This document shows positions 40,361-49,799 of a DNA stretch of 54,689 nt, piece by piece (the first letter of the stretch is position 1; each line of letters opens with the position of its first letter). Position numbers and translations under genes: made by a program. Source of the stretch: a virus (lineage: Duplodnaviria; Caudoviricetes); IMG/VR virus record IMGVR_UViG_3300033047_000013, positions 1 through 54,689 of that record; one strand, 5' to 3'. The notes under the pieces were generated by a model. It saw only the letters and a program-made list of their open reading frames with translations, was not told the DNA's origin and made no database searches.

Positions 40361-41872
40361 TTATTCTGGTGCGGGGTCGTCATCATTGACATCTGTGTCA
40401 CCAGGTAGTTCTTTCATTAATCGTTCTACTTCAATAGCAGGGTCAAATTCATCTGACAATACGTTTCGACGTTTCATTTCATGCCAGAACGTTGCTTGAC
40501 TGATTTCTCTGTTCTCGCGCATCTTAATCAACGATTCAAGGTCTGCACCTTCAATGAATGTGTCAAAATCTTTATAAACTTCCACAACAGGTTCATAACC
40601 TGCATCTTCACCCAACCACATACAAGTGATTCGCAGAGCGTGTTCAAGAGCATCTTTTAGGGTCAAAGCCCATGACGCCACAGCAGAGCGAGCCTTATTA
40701 GCGGCTACTTGTGTTGTCACAACTGTTAAATTATCTGACTGAGCCGTTAACGGTTGGCGACCAAGTTCACGCAATTGCTGTTTGGTTTGTTCAATGTCTG
40801 ACGCTAGGAACTTGAGTGATTCAGCAGAAGGTTCAATAAACTCCCACCGACCAGAAGGGCCACCAGCTATATTTTGGCCTGTATATAATACTGTACCTGG
40901 ACCAATCGCTAATTTCTTAGGTGTCTTACCGTTTGCTTCTTTCGGCGGGTTGACACCATTACCTGAGAGCATTGGATATGCGGTTAGATTTTTAGCGTAT
41001 TTTAAACCGCTTTCTTCTAAGTATAATTCGATCTGCAAATCAGCAGCATCACGCATAGCCGGATAAATCTTAAACGTCCGACCATCGCGGCGTCCGACCA
41101 TAAACGGAACCAGTGGAATGACTGATATTGTAAGATCGCCACCATCTATTTTTTTAAAGCTGGTCTTATTTTCAAGAACTGGCTTTTTCATCTTTTGCCA
41201 CAGTTCCCAAAAAACACCACCATCATCAGAGCGACCAAAAATACGGATATGGTCAGGCGCACCAGGTTCTAATATACGAATATAGGTTAGTGTTTCAGTA
41301 CCGTCGATAACTTCACTTTTGGCTTCTAAAACATTGCGACCGAGCACATGAGACCACCACGGACGAATACCTTTTGCCTTGACATCAGCAACAGTCTTCA
41401 CTTGGTCAGGGTTTTCATCTGTTGGATAATCAATGAATATCCAATCAATCGCAGAGTTGATACCATTAAAAAACGATTGAGAACCAAACGCTGTAAGATT
41501 GTTACCAGCACCATCAACGTCTTTGACAAAATCTGCAATATGCTGAGGTGTAGGGTTTTTATCATTGTCGATTAAAGAAATCTGTTTCTCGAATGGTTTT
41601 GCAGAAAGTGATTCGATAATGTCACGATAAACATTCGTGAACTTGGTTAACTGTTTGCGGAAGTCATAGCCCTTTTGGTCTTCATCAGGGAACCTGGGGA
41701 GATATTTCTCACCAGCTTCACGGATAGCAGCAGTTCCGTCGATCAATGTGTCAGTGAGATCCCAATACTCAACCATAGAAGCAATGTCTTTTGCTCGCTT
41801 GAGCATAACATCACCATCAGCAATTGACGGGTGGTTTTCAAATACGCGAGGAAGTTTTGATATATTTAACAT
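40361..41872 (-). CDS. Portal protein (DUF4055-like)
   Basis: GTAAIREAGEKYLPRFPDE, DVDGAGN, ISQATFWHEMKRR. Confidence 0.85.
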   Translation of the reverse strand: MLNISKLPRVFENHPSIADGDVMLKRAKDIASMVEYWDLTDTLIDGTAAIREAGEKYLPRFPDEDQKGYDFRKQLTKFTNVYRDIIESLSAKPFEKQISLIDNDKNPTPQHIADFVKDVDGAGNNLTAFGSQSFFNGINSAIDWIFIDYPTDENPDQVKTVADVKAKGIRPWWSHVLGRNVLEAKSEVIDGTETLTYIRILEPGAPDHIRIFGRSDDGGVFWELWQKMKKPVLENKTSFKKIDGGDLTISVIPLVPFMVGRRDGRTFKIYPAMRDAADLQIELYLEESGLKYAKNLTAYPMLSGNGVNPPKEANGKTPKKLAIGPGTVLYTGQNIAGGPSGRWEFIEPSAESLKFLASDIEQTKQQLRELGRQPLTAQSDNLTVVTTQVAANKARSAVASWALTLKDALEHALRITCMWLGEDAGYEPVVEVYKDFDTFIEGADLESLIKMRENREISQATFWHEMKRRNVLSDEFDPAIEVERLMKELPGDTDVNDDDPAPE

Positions 41873-41916
41873 AATGTGACTATTAAACGCTCCATTAAAA
41901 ATGTCAATTAGCGTCT

Positions 41917-42282
41917 TTACGGTTTTTTATACCCCGATGCTGAAACAACTCCACCAATCCAACCCTTGAGTAACAGGTTCTTATCCCTGCAAGCATTAGC
42001 TGTCTTTCCCCAAGCGGCGGCTGTTCGGACGGCATCAATTCCGTCGATGTCAGGGCCGTCAGGAATATATTCACCTGTGAGCGTACCGCAATCTTCTGTA
42101 ACCTTGCTGTCCGGCGGAGTAATGACAACGTTCACGACTTCACCAGCAAGTGTCTCAATCTTTGTGATTATCTTTGTATCTGTGACTTCAACATCAGGCT
42201 TATCTTTTCCGCCTATTCCTAACGTCCCGCAAGAGGTCAGCGCCACCGCGCACAACAGAGTTACCATTTTCATCGCATACAT
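41917..42282 (-). CDS. Outer-membrane lipoprotein spanin (Rz1-like)
   Basis: Lipobox LTSC; overlaps the 3' end of the i-spanin. Confidence 0.65.
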   Translation of the reverse strand: MYAMKMVTLLCAVALTSCGTLGIGGKDKPDVEVTDTKIITKIETLAGEVVNVVITPPDSKVTEDCGTLTGEYIPDGPDIDGIDAVRTAAAWGKTANACRDKNLLLKGWIGGVVSASGYKKP

Positions 42283-42718
42283 TTGTCAATCCCTTTAATC
42301 GTTCCTCAAGACCAGCGTAGAACGCCTTATCTGCTGCACTGTTTCGATTAGCCGATGCAAGCGCAGTTGCATTGTTTTCTTGTGTTTTTAGTAATGTTTC
42401 AGATGCCAGTTTAGCGGCATCTGCATTTTGTTTCATGTGTGCCGCAACTTGACCTTTAGCCGTATCTCGATCCGTCTGACACGATTCAAGTAAAGCTTTC
42501 TTTTCCTTAGCATCTGATAAAGCAAGACCAAGGTCGGTTTCAAGCGTGTTGATATAAACAGCTTTGGATGCGACCCCTTTATTGAAGTTTGATACTGCAT
42601 GATATTTTATTACACCAAGCAAAGCGACCATAATGAGCAATCCACCAATACCTTTAGCAGCTAAAGCTTGTGGTCCGGAAAGACCCTTCATCAAAGCACC
42701 TGCAAATTTAAACATCAT
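42200..42718 (-). CDS. Inner-membrane spanin (Rz-like)
   Basis: N-terminal TM plus coiled coil, after the endolysin. Confidence 0.65.
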   Translation of the reverse strand: MMFKFAGALMKGLSGPQALAAKGIGGLLIMVALLGVIKYHAVSNFNKGVASKAVYINTLETDLGLALSDAKEKKALLESCQTDRDTAKGQVAAHMKQNADAAKLASETLLKTQENNATALASANRNSAADKAFYAGLEERLKGLTNVCDENGNSVVRGGADLLRDVRNRRKR

Positions 42719-43286
42719 TATCCTCGAATCTAATTGTGACTTTTTCACCGCGATTAATTGCAGCTATTATCAATTTATAGAGTTTCCAATAATTCGGTCG
42801 GGACGGGGAGACTGTTTCGCCGCCGCTCCAATGACCAGGGAGTAAGCAACCTGATGTGTCGTTGTGGGTGTTTCCAGGGTGAATTAATATCCAAGTGAAA
42901 CCTTTAACGTCTAAAATATGGAGCATTCCCTTGGCGTGTTCGTTGCCAAATGCTCGCAGCATCGAAGCCATGAAACGAGATTTAGGGTGTAAACCTATTT
43001 CATATTCACCAACCCATATACGTGTCTTATGTTTGATTTTTACTTCGCGACCTGCATCTTCAAGACCGTGACAGATAAACTCACCATCAACAGATATGCG
43101 AGAGATTGTCGTTGTCGGAGTTTTTAATATAGGGTCCCAACCGACTTGTTTGAAACGGTCTACAACAACTAACATTCCGTCATTCTCCAATTCCATCGGG
43201 ATAATTTCTTTTACAAATCTACCCGTTTCAAAATCTCGATGTCTACTGACCAGTTCACAATAATAAGTTGGTCGGTTAACTCGCAT
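42708..43286 (-). CDS. Putative endolysin (DUF5675-like)
   Basis: CHGLED, KTRI..GEY, ILIHPGNTHNDTSGCLLPG. Confidence 0.75.
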   Translation of the reverse strand: MRVNRPTYYCELVSRHRDFETGRFVKEIIPMELENDGMLVVVDRFKQVGWDPILKTPTTTISRISVDGEFICHGLEDAGREVKIKHKTRIWVGEYEIGLHPKSRFMASMLRAFGNEHAKGMLHILDVKGFTWILIHPGNTHNDTSGCLLPGHWSGGETVSPSRPNYWKLYKLIIAAINRGEKVTIRFEDNDV

Positions 43287-43671
43287 CTGCTTCTTTTTTA
43301 CGTTCGGTTTCTGCAATTTCTTCTGCTTCATCAGTTGCAGGTTCCAACTCTGAAACACCATCACCATCTTCATCAGTTGCAGTGTCGAGAATAGCATCGT
43401 AACCTTTACGGTTCAAACGGTCCATCACTAAAACGGTTCGGACGGTCGTATCTGTGGCACGTTCCACTTTGAAATACGTGTCATTGGTGTTGGGAGATGG
43501 GTCGGGATAATTGATGTCATTCATACGAAGCACGTCTATGATGACGCTCGCATTCATAGTCTGGTCGCCGTTCCAAGATGCTTTCACATGCTTCTTGGTT
43601 TCACTGAACTTAGTCGGTTTAGGAATACCAGCAGCAGCCAATGCAATATCAAATTTCTGTTTATTGTTCAT
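43276..43671 (-). CDS. Hypothetical protein
   Basis: GGAG SD; acidic tail. Confidence 0.6.
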   Translation of the reverse strand: MNNKQKFDIALAAAGIPKPTKFSETKKHVKASWNGDQTMNASVIIDVLRMNDINYPDPSPNTNDTYFKVERATDTTVRTVLVMDRLNRKGYDAILDTATDEDGDGVSELEPATDEAEEIAETERKKEADAS

Positions 43672-43690
43672 ATTCGTCTCCGATGTTTGT

Positions 43691-43765
43691 CAGCGTAGGT
43701 TGGATTCGAACCAACGCCATCGCAACTAAATGAGTCACGCAATCTGACCACTGATATACTACGCT
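43691..43765 (-). tRNA. Atypical tRNA or tRNA-like gene (Met/CAT-derived?) with 2 extra nt in the anticodon arm
   Basis: Acceptor AGCGTAG/CTACGCT; D-loop AGTGGTCA; T arm GTTGG-TTCGAAT-CCAAC; anticodon arm CGTGA-CTCATTTAG-TTGCG; no encoded CCA. Confidence 0.7.
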
Positions 43766-43784
43766 ATAATTTGGTTGTGGTTAT

Positions 43785-44009
43785 TTATCGTTTTTTCTTT
43801 TTACAAGACGCTCGTCTAACATTTCCTGCAAGGTTTCTTGGTGGGTTTTTAATTGCACCACTTTTGATACCGCTAATTGTTGAAGGGCTTCGATGTGCTG
43901 CGGTAGCAATTGATTTAATTGTAGCACCGCATTTCAATTTTGCTCTTATAGCTTTACGTGCTGTTCCACCGGTTCTTTTACCAGCAACCCCTTTTCTAGG
44001 ATGTTTCAT
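43785..44009 (-). CDS. Small very basic HTH-like protein
   Basis: AAGGA SD; TIKSIATAAHRSPSTISGIKSG. Confidence 0.55.
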   Translation of the reverse strand: MKHPRKGVAGKRTGGTARKAIRAKLKCGATIKSIATAAHRSPSTISGIKSGAIKNPPRNLAGNVRRASCKKKKR

Positions 44010-44065
44010 AATATTCCTTTATGTTTCAAATGAGATTGCCATTAAACACCTTGTCACGTTATATG

Positions 44066-44914
44066 TCAATCTGTAAAACAACCGCAACCACCCATATCAA
44101 AAGGGTCAATTTCCCAACCAGATTCAACACCTATTCTAAACTGTTTTAAAGTTAAATATTTTAATTCACCATTTATAGTTTTTCGTAAAAACGGTCGGGC
44201 TTTCGGATTTTTCAATATTGTACGTTCCATCCGCTCCTCATGTCGAGCGTAAGTTTCAGGAATCTTTTCCAATAATAGTTTGAATTGTCCTTGACCTGCT
44301 TTCACACAAAATCCACCGCAATTGTTATGCGTAAACCCCATGTCATAGAGCCTTGCTTGTTTCAGGTCATATTTAGCAAACAGTTCCGCCCATTTCGGTC
44401 GCCAGAACTTATAATCATTTATGAACGATCTCACAGGAATCGACCATCTTTTTTGTGCTCGTTCAAGTCTGTCCAACTCGGAAAAATCCATACCTAAAAT
44501 CATAACATCATTTTCTGTACCGTTTTCCTCCAACCACTTCGCAATTTGACTGGTTTTAAGTTGTTCGCTACAATGTGCTGTTCTAGTGTTTCCGATATAT
44601 TTTACATCATCAAAAACTTCCCAAGGTGTCCGACCATCACACACCTTAATTATTTCTTTACCTAGTATGTTTTGAAGGTCGTTGTTGAAACGGTATAAAT
44701 CCCAATCTTCAATCAACGTATCAGCAAAAATTGGGACGTAATTTAAGCCGTGTTCCATAGCTAACAGTGCTGAAACAGCACTTCCATTTCCACCCGATAC
44801 AGAAATGATAAACCTTGGTTCAGGTGTTTTATCAAACGCTTTCAGAACCTTTAACAGTTGTTCTGGTGAACCTTCAATTTCTAAGGATGTTTCATTCATA
44901 ACATTTATTCTCAC
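44066..44914 (-). CDS. PAPS-reductase-like (PP-loop) Cys-rich protein
   Basis: SVSGGNGSA, FADT, HCS..LK, HNNCGGFCVKAG, GGCGCF. Confidence 0.75.
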   Translation of the reverse strand: MRINVMNETSLEIEGSPEQLLKVLKAFDKTPEPRFIISVSGGNGSAVSALLAMEHGLNYVPIFADTLIEDWDLYRFNNDLQNILGKEIIKVCDGRTPWEVFDDVKYIGNTRTAHCSEQLKTSQIAKWLEENGTENDVMILGMDFSELDRLERAQKRWSIPVRSFINDYKFWRPKWAELFAKYDLKQARLYDMGFTHNNCGGFCVKAGQGQFKLLLEKIPETYARHEERMERTILKNPKARPFLRKTINGELKYLTLKQFRIGVESGWEIDPFDMGGCGCFTD

Positions 44915-44971
44915 TCACTCACAATATACATGAAACCCATAACTATACCATGTCAAATAATGTGTCAATTA

Positions 44972-46708
44972 TTAATATCTACCTGTGTACGCTTGACCGG
45001 AATCTTCTGGCATTGGGAAGAATGCCATAATACCGCTATCTGCCAAATCTGGTGATTTCGTTCCATCCGGTTTCTTTTCAATGATTGTACGCAAGCCCGT
45101 TGAACTTCCGCGCGTTGGTTGTGCCAGTTCCTTCATAAGCTGCATCAGGAGCGGCATTGTACCGTCAAGTGATATGAGTTCCTCTGGCTTATAAACAATA
45201 CCCTCTGTAACCGCCTTGTGTGTCTTATAGAAACGGGTTCGGACGCTCCACCATGCTTGGGCTTTCATGTTGCCGAACATATCTTTGTTAAGCAGACTTT
45301 CATCATCATCTTCAACGATACGCGCGAACGGATTGATGACCTTACCACCCGCATTCCAAGGTATCATGCGAATACCGTTCAACTCGACCTCGGAATCATC
45401 AACCAAACGATTGAACTCGGCTTTCACAGTCGCGCCGATGCTGACAACATCATATTGGATTTTAAGGTCTCTGATATGACGACAGGTATCTATTGCGCGG
45501 CGAGTGGTGACACCAACATCACGCGACCCCCATTCCTCTACACTGCGCCATATAATCCACTGGCGTAGAGTCAGAGCGTTCCGGTCAATACCTTCGTCTG
45601 CCAAATCAAGACCAGCACCCCAATTATTAGGTATCTCGGATGGGTGACAGCGTAGATATGGAATCTTCAAATGAGCATCAACAGCCGCTTGAATCCATTC
45701 ATATTTAATCAACGTGTTCTGAACCGATGCACTGTAATTACGCTCAACCTCTTGCGCGAAGATGTGTTGCATCCCTTCGCGCTCTGATTTGGCTTTCCGT
45801 TTGTCATACCATTCTTGGTTTTTCTCAGGATGGTGCGACCAATCAATTATGAACACCCTCGTAAAACCCGATTCAATCGGTTCGCTGTCCGGAGACCATT
45901 CAATCCCAGCTTCACGCTTACGGTGGAACACATTACCCAATCCGTTAACTGATGAAATATCAACCTGGCAATTGGTGTTGTCACCGAGCGCCGCTTCAAT
46001 CAATTCCGGTCGTTCATAATGCGCCGCTTCATCTTTAAAATACAAAGCAGTACGACCACCACGTCCAATCGCATCGCCTGTTTCACCTGTAATGGACGAA
46101 CCGTTTTCAGGATTGATGAACTTCATAAACGTTGCATGTTTGCGAGCGCTGAAATTGTCCGGCATCCATATATCAGGTAAACGTTCTATGATCTTACGCA
46201 TTTTCTCAAAGATACTGGACGTATCGCCAATCTTGTCCACCAACTCTTGCTTTCGCGAACCCCAACCAATTGCATCGTCATCAATGAACAACCATGACCA
46301 TATGGAATACCCACATGCGAGCCATGTCGCACCAGCATCACGACATTTCTCAATCAGACCACTTTCGCCGTGCTCACGCAATTCATGCAGGAAGTCGATA
46401 AATTCTAACTGTCGTGTGAAAAATACGAACGGCATCCACTTGTTATCGGCTTTACGCGGGTTATAAGTGTCCATCCAATGCATAATGAACTCGGCTGGAC
46501 GGGTTTTATAATATGTGTGAGCCGACCCCATCATCACAGGGTCTTGGCGTAACTTCTGCAATGTCTGAATACGCCATGTGTAGACACCTTTATAATCAGG
46601 TGGCCAATCGGAATGGTTCAAAGCGTGAGGTTTCCAAGGGGTTACAGCACCAAACGCTTTCAGGCGTTCTTGCCAACCGAACAAATCTGCTTGTTGCTGA
46701 AAAAACAT
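44972..46708 (-). CDS. terL: Terminase large subunit
   Basis: IEKCRDAGATW, GRGGR...KDEAA, GLDLADEG.D, KSPDLADS. Confidence 0.9.
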   Translation of the reverse strand: MFFQQQADLFGWQERLKAFGAVTPWKPHALNHSDWPPDYKGVYTWRIQTLQKLRQDPVMMGSAHTYYKTRPAEFIMHWMDTYNPRKADNKWMPFVFFTRQLEFIDFLHELREHGESGLIEKCRDAGATWLACGYSIWSWLFIDDDAIGWGSRKQELVDKIGDTSSIFEKMRKIIERLPDIWMPDNFSARKHATFMKFINPENGSSITGETGDAIGRGGRTALYFKDEAAHYERPELIEAALGDNTNCQVDISSVNGLGNVFHRKREAGIEWSPDSEPIESGFTRVFIIDWSHHPEKNQEWYDKRKAKSEREGMQHIFAQEVERNYSASVQNTLIKYEWIQAAVDAHLKIPYLRCHPSEIPNNWGAGLDLADEGIDRNALTLRQWIIWRSVEEWGSRDVGVTTRRAIDTCRHIRDLKIQYDVVSIGATVKAEFNRLVDDSEVELNGIRMIPWNAGGKVINPFARIVEDDDESLLNKDMFGNMKAQAWWSVRTRFYKTHKAVTEGIVYKPEELISLDGTMPLLMQLMKELAQPTRGSSTGLRTIIEKKPDGTKSPDLADSGIMAFFPMPEDSGQAYTGRY

Positions 46709-46778
46709 TTAATAATTATTTGACACATTATTTGACATATGCTAGATAATGGATGAAATCAAATGAAAGTCAAATATT

Positions 46779-47069
46779 ATGTCAGATAAATTAAGGTGGA
46801 TTCCAGTTACACCCATTATCCCACTATACGACCTTAAATCAAGTAAGACCACCGATCACATAACTTACAAAGGAATTAAAATGAACCGCCAACAATGGAG
46901 AGCAATACGGACGGCTAAATATGGTGCGATAGCTGTGGCGTTTTTTACATTGGGTGGGTTTGCAGGTTGGTATTCACACCAAGAACCTGAATTGAGTAAA
47001 AGAGAATTAGAAACTATCCGCGTAGCATCACAATTTGATAGTGCATGTGGATTAATTGAGAGGAAGTGA
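46779..47069 (+). CDS. Hypothetical single-TM protein (start may be ATG 46881)
   Basis: ORF after the tandem TTGACA motif; AAGGA SD before 46881. Confidence 0.5.
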   Translation: MSDKLRWIPVTPIIPLYDLKSSKTTDHITYKGIKMNRQQWRAIRTAKYGAIAVAFFTLGGFAGWYSHQEPELSKRELETIRVASQFDSACGLIERK

Positions 47070-47275
47070 AATGATATATTTTATCACATTGCTATTAATT
47101 ACACCTGTTTGTTTTGGGGTGTTGGTTATTAAATACATAGGGTGGATGAACTCATGACCTTCGCCAGATATTGTAAGCACAAATGGGTGTATAGTGATGA
47201 CCGGAAAATACGCAGATGTAGAATTTGTGGCGTCCGGCAAAAGGAGCATCTATCGCTCGTAACTAAGAAAATACA

Positions 47276-47497
47276 ATGGAGACCGATGTGACCGATAAAT
47301 ACAAACATAGATTTCACGCAGATGGAGCGTATGAAAAAGTTAAATGGAATTGTCCACCACCAGAAAATGCGGGGATGCAGTGTTTTATTTCCACTGACCT
47401 TCATAAAATAGAGTTAATTGATTTCACTATAAAACAGGCACTTGCATGGGCTGTTCACAACGGTCCAATTCCACTAGACGGGTCGGACGAGGATTAG
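47276..47497 (+). CDS. Hypothetical protein
   Basis: ORF only. Confidence 0.4.
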   Translation: METDVTDKYKHRFHADGAYEKVKWNCPPPENAGMQCFISTDLHKIELIDFTIKQALAWAVHNGPIPLDGSDED

Positions 47498-47626
47498 TGA
47501 TCTATGCCGTTGAGCCAACTCTCATATCTTGCTCGAACACACCGGACGATCATTTTGGTTAGTTTGATGATACTCTGAACGGCAAGACATAACCAAACCA
47601 GTTTTACGATTGATTGACCATGTTCC

Positions 47627-48061
47627 TTAAGAATAAACCCAGCTATTTCCAACATGACGCTTCCTTATGAGAGGATGACAGAGAGCCGCCAAACTTAGAA
47701 AAAATAGTCCGTAAGTCGTGTTTTGATATATTGACCTCACACTTTTCGACACAATGCTTACTTCCGTATAAGTTGCATACCACAAATCATTGCACGTAGA
47801 CAACACCATAAATATAGAAATCCACAAAGGCCACATCGTTCTGGTTTTAGCCGCAAACCGGACGGCTACAAAACCGACCAAGAGAGCCATGAACATGTTA
47901 GGGTAGGGAATGGAGTTGTTGAACGTGATGTCCTGTATAATTCCGCCGACCATCCAGTAAGCGATTAGAGCGAACCACAATAAAGCATGAGACCTGTCTC
48001 GTCGCCAAATGAGAACGAACCCACCAGCAACCAACATCAATATATCATCTAAAAGTGGCAA
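47627..48061 (-). CDS. Multi-TM membrane protein
   Basis: Four to five hydrophobic segments. Confidence 0.65.
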   Translation of the reverse strand: MPLLDDILMLVAGGFVLIWRRDRSHALLWFALIAYWMVGGIIQDITFNNSIPYPNMFMALLVGFVAVRFAAKTRTMWPLWISIFMVLSTCNDLWYATYTEVSIVSKSVRSIYQNTTYGLFFLSLAALCHPLIRKRHVGNSWVYS

Positions 48062-48364
48062 TTAGTCTTTGTCTCGACCGATACCGTCATCATCGTCGCC
48101 AGACGGGGAGAGGGCTTTGTTCTTAAGCGCATTTTCAAGTCGAGCAGCCGCGTCATGCGATTTAATCATGTTCTCAGCCGCATCACCGAGATTCCCGATG
48201 GTTTTTAACATGGGAGCCATGTCACGTACAATCTGATAATCGCTTGCACCCATCGTAGACGCCAATTTAATACCGTCAATTACGAGTTTGCATTGTTGTC
48301 TAGCAAGCAGTACCAGCGTAGATTCTTGTACTACCATAGTGCCTTTAATATGATCAGGGTTCAT
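48062..48364 (-). CDS. Hypothetical protein
   Basis: ATGA-coupled start MNPDHIK. Confidence 0.6.
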   Translation of the reverse strand: MNPDHIKGTMVVQESTLVLLARQQCKLVIDGIKLASTMGASDYQIVRDMAPMLKTIGNLGDAAENMIKSHDAAARLENALKNKALSPSGDDDDGIGRDKD

Positions 48365-48747
48365 TGTTTTTTCCTTGTGATTACTGATACGATCCAATCT
48401 CCGAGTGCTTCAATGTTGAAACCCGTTATGAAATAAAGAACCAAGCGCCCACCCATTAGAGAGAATATGTAAACGGGGAGCAATTCGGACATGTCACTGG
48501 TCAACCCCATGATGTCCGCGACAGCCCTGCCTATCAAATAACCAGCAGTGAACCCCGCAATAAAAGCCCAAGCCATGTGACCCCATCCTTTGAGCGAGCC
48601 ATTTCTAAACCGTGCAGATGCCGCTTGAATAGATCCAACCGTTGCAGCAGCTATAACAACCAATTCATGTGGTATTTCAGGAATAACCATTCCCATCGCC
48701 GCAATCGCTACAAGTGCTGCCGCACCAATTGTCTGAGCATCGAACAT
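48361..48747 (-). CDS. Membrane protein, holin candidate
   Basis: Three to four TM segments and a basic C-terminus. Confidence 0.5.
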   Translation of the reverse strand: MFDAQTIGAAALVAIAAMGMVIPEIPHELVVIAAATVGSIQAASARFRNGSLKGWGHMAWAFIAGFTAGYLIGRAVADIMGLTSDMSELLPVYIFSLMGGRLVLYFITGFNIEALGDWIVSVITRKKQ

Positions 48748-48779
48748 ATTACATCCCTATCATCTGATTTATGCAGACG

Positions 48780-49085
48780 CTACTTGGTGGTGCTCGCCGC
48801 GTCAAGGGATTTAACAAATGGTAACTCCGGCTCCGCGCGAGACGCTCGACCGTCAAATTTAACCAGTGCTGTACCGCTCAAATGAATAGGTGGATGGGTT
48901 TGACCGACCGCCATAAACCAGACGACTCCGGTCCGAGCAATCTCCGCCATTTCATCCTTGGACAGACGCCAACACGATACAGTCGATTCACCATCGCTAA
49001 AACACTCCAAATCCCTGCAATTGTCGTCTCCTGGTGGCGCTTGTAATATTTTATTTGCACCCTCAAACCCTACTGGTCGTGCCAT
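48780..49085 (-). CDS. Conserved phage hypothetical protein
   Basis: VSCWRLS.DE..EIARTGVVW...GQTHPP; AGGAG SD. Confidence 0.7.
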   Translation of the reverse strand: MARPVGFEGANKILQAPPGDDNCRDLECFSDGESTVSCWRLSKDEMAEIARTGVVWFMAVGQTHPPIHLSGTALVKFDGRASRAEPELPFVKSLDAASTTK

Positions 49086-49094
49086 GTCGTGCTC

Positions 49095-49799
49095 CTATCC
49101 AAGTAAAGCAGCATACGCATCGGCTGCGTCCGCTACGCTTGATTTATCTGTTATAGCGGTTGGACGGCGCTGTGATTGATCAAAATGTAGATTCTCAGGC
49201 TCTACGATACCCATATATTTAGCCAACATCTCAATCGCCTTCAATTTATCATGCGTCACAATCTTAACCCGCCGACCCTTTTTTACATCCTCTATATGCT
49301 CCCACGACTTAAGAGCCGCCAGTTGCTCCGGCGTACACGCTGTAAAATCATACTCAGGAATACCCCATTCATTAATCTTAAAGTAGTCCGACAAATTAGA
49401 AAACGCTATGGTCGTCAACTCCTTAATAACCCTCTGTACCGACAACTCAGCATTCGCCGCCAACTCATTGACTCGCTCGGTTATAGCAGCCTTCACCATC
49501 GGACGCTCAAGAAGCCCTCTCGACTGTTCCATGACAGAGCGGGAGATGGGTCGATACAATGCATTGGAAATCCGGTCATTGCGCTTATGAGCATCACGCT
49601 CAAGATGCGTCACATACCCGTCCACAAACGACCTCTCGGACGGGGTGAGTTGTTTATAGGCACTCAGCAGCGCGAGAGTGTTGGACGGGGTGAGTTGTTT
49701 ATAGGCACTCAGCAGCGCGAGAGTGTTGGACGGGGTGGTCGCTCCGTTGAGGGTGGTCGGTGCGGGTGATGCTTCCGTATGTGTCAATGAATTGGTCAT
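49095..49799 (-). CDS. terS: Terminase small subunit
   Basis: LTPSERSFVDGY, LLERPMVKAAI, RVIKELTTIAFSN, DKLKAIEMLAKYMG. Confidence 0.85.
   Translation of the reverse strand: MTNSLTHTEASPAPTTLNGATTPSNTLALLSAYKQLTPSNTLALLSAYKQLTPSERSFVDGYVTHLERDAHKRNDRISNALYRPISRSVMEQSRGLLERPMVKAAITERVNELAANAELSVQRVIKELTTIAFSNLSDYFKINEWGIPEYDFTACTPEQLAALKSWEHIEDVKKGRRVKIVTHDKLKAIEMLAKYMGIVEPENLHFDQSQRRPTAITDKSSVADAADAYAALLG
49638..49737. repeat. Perfect 45-bp tandem duplication (2.2 copies) in terS
   Basis: TPSNTLALLSAYKQL occurs twice. Confidence 0.9.

Noticed and set aside
43691-43698. CAGCGTAG in the tRNA acceptor stem as the source or att core of the polarised motif
   Set aside because: Only an 8-bp match lacking the conserved AC, and no integrase; could be chance
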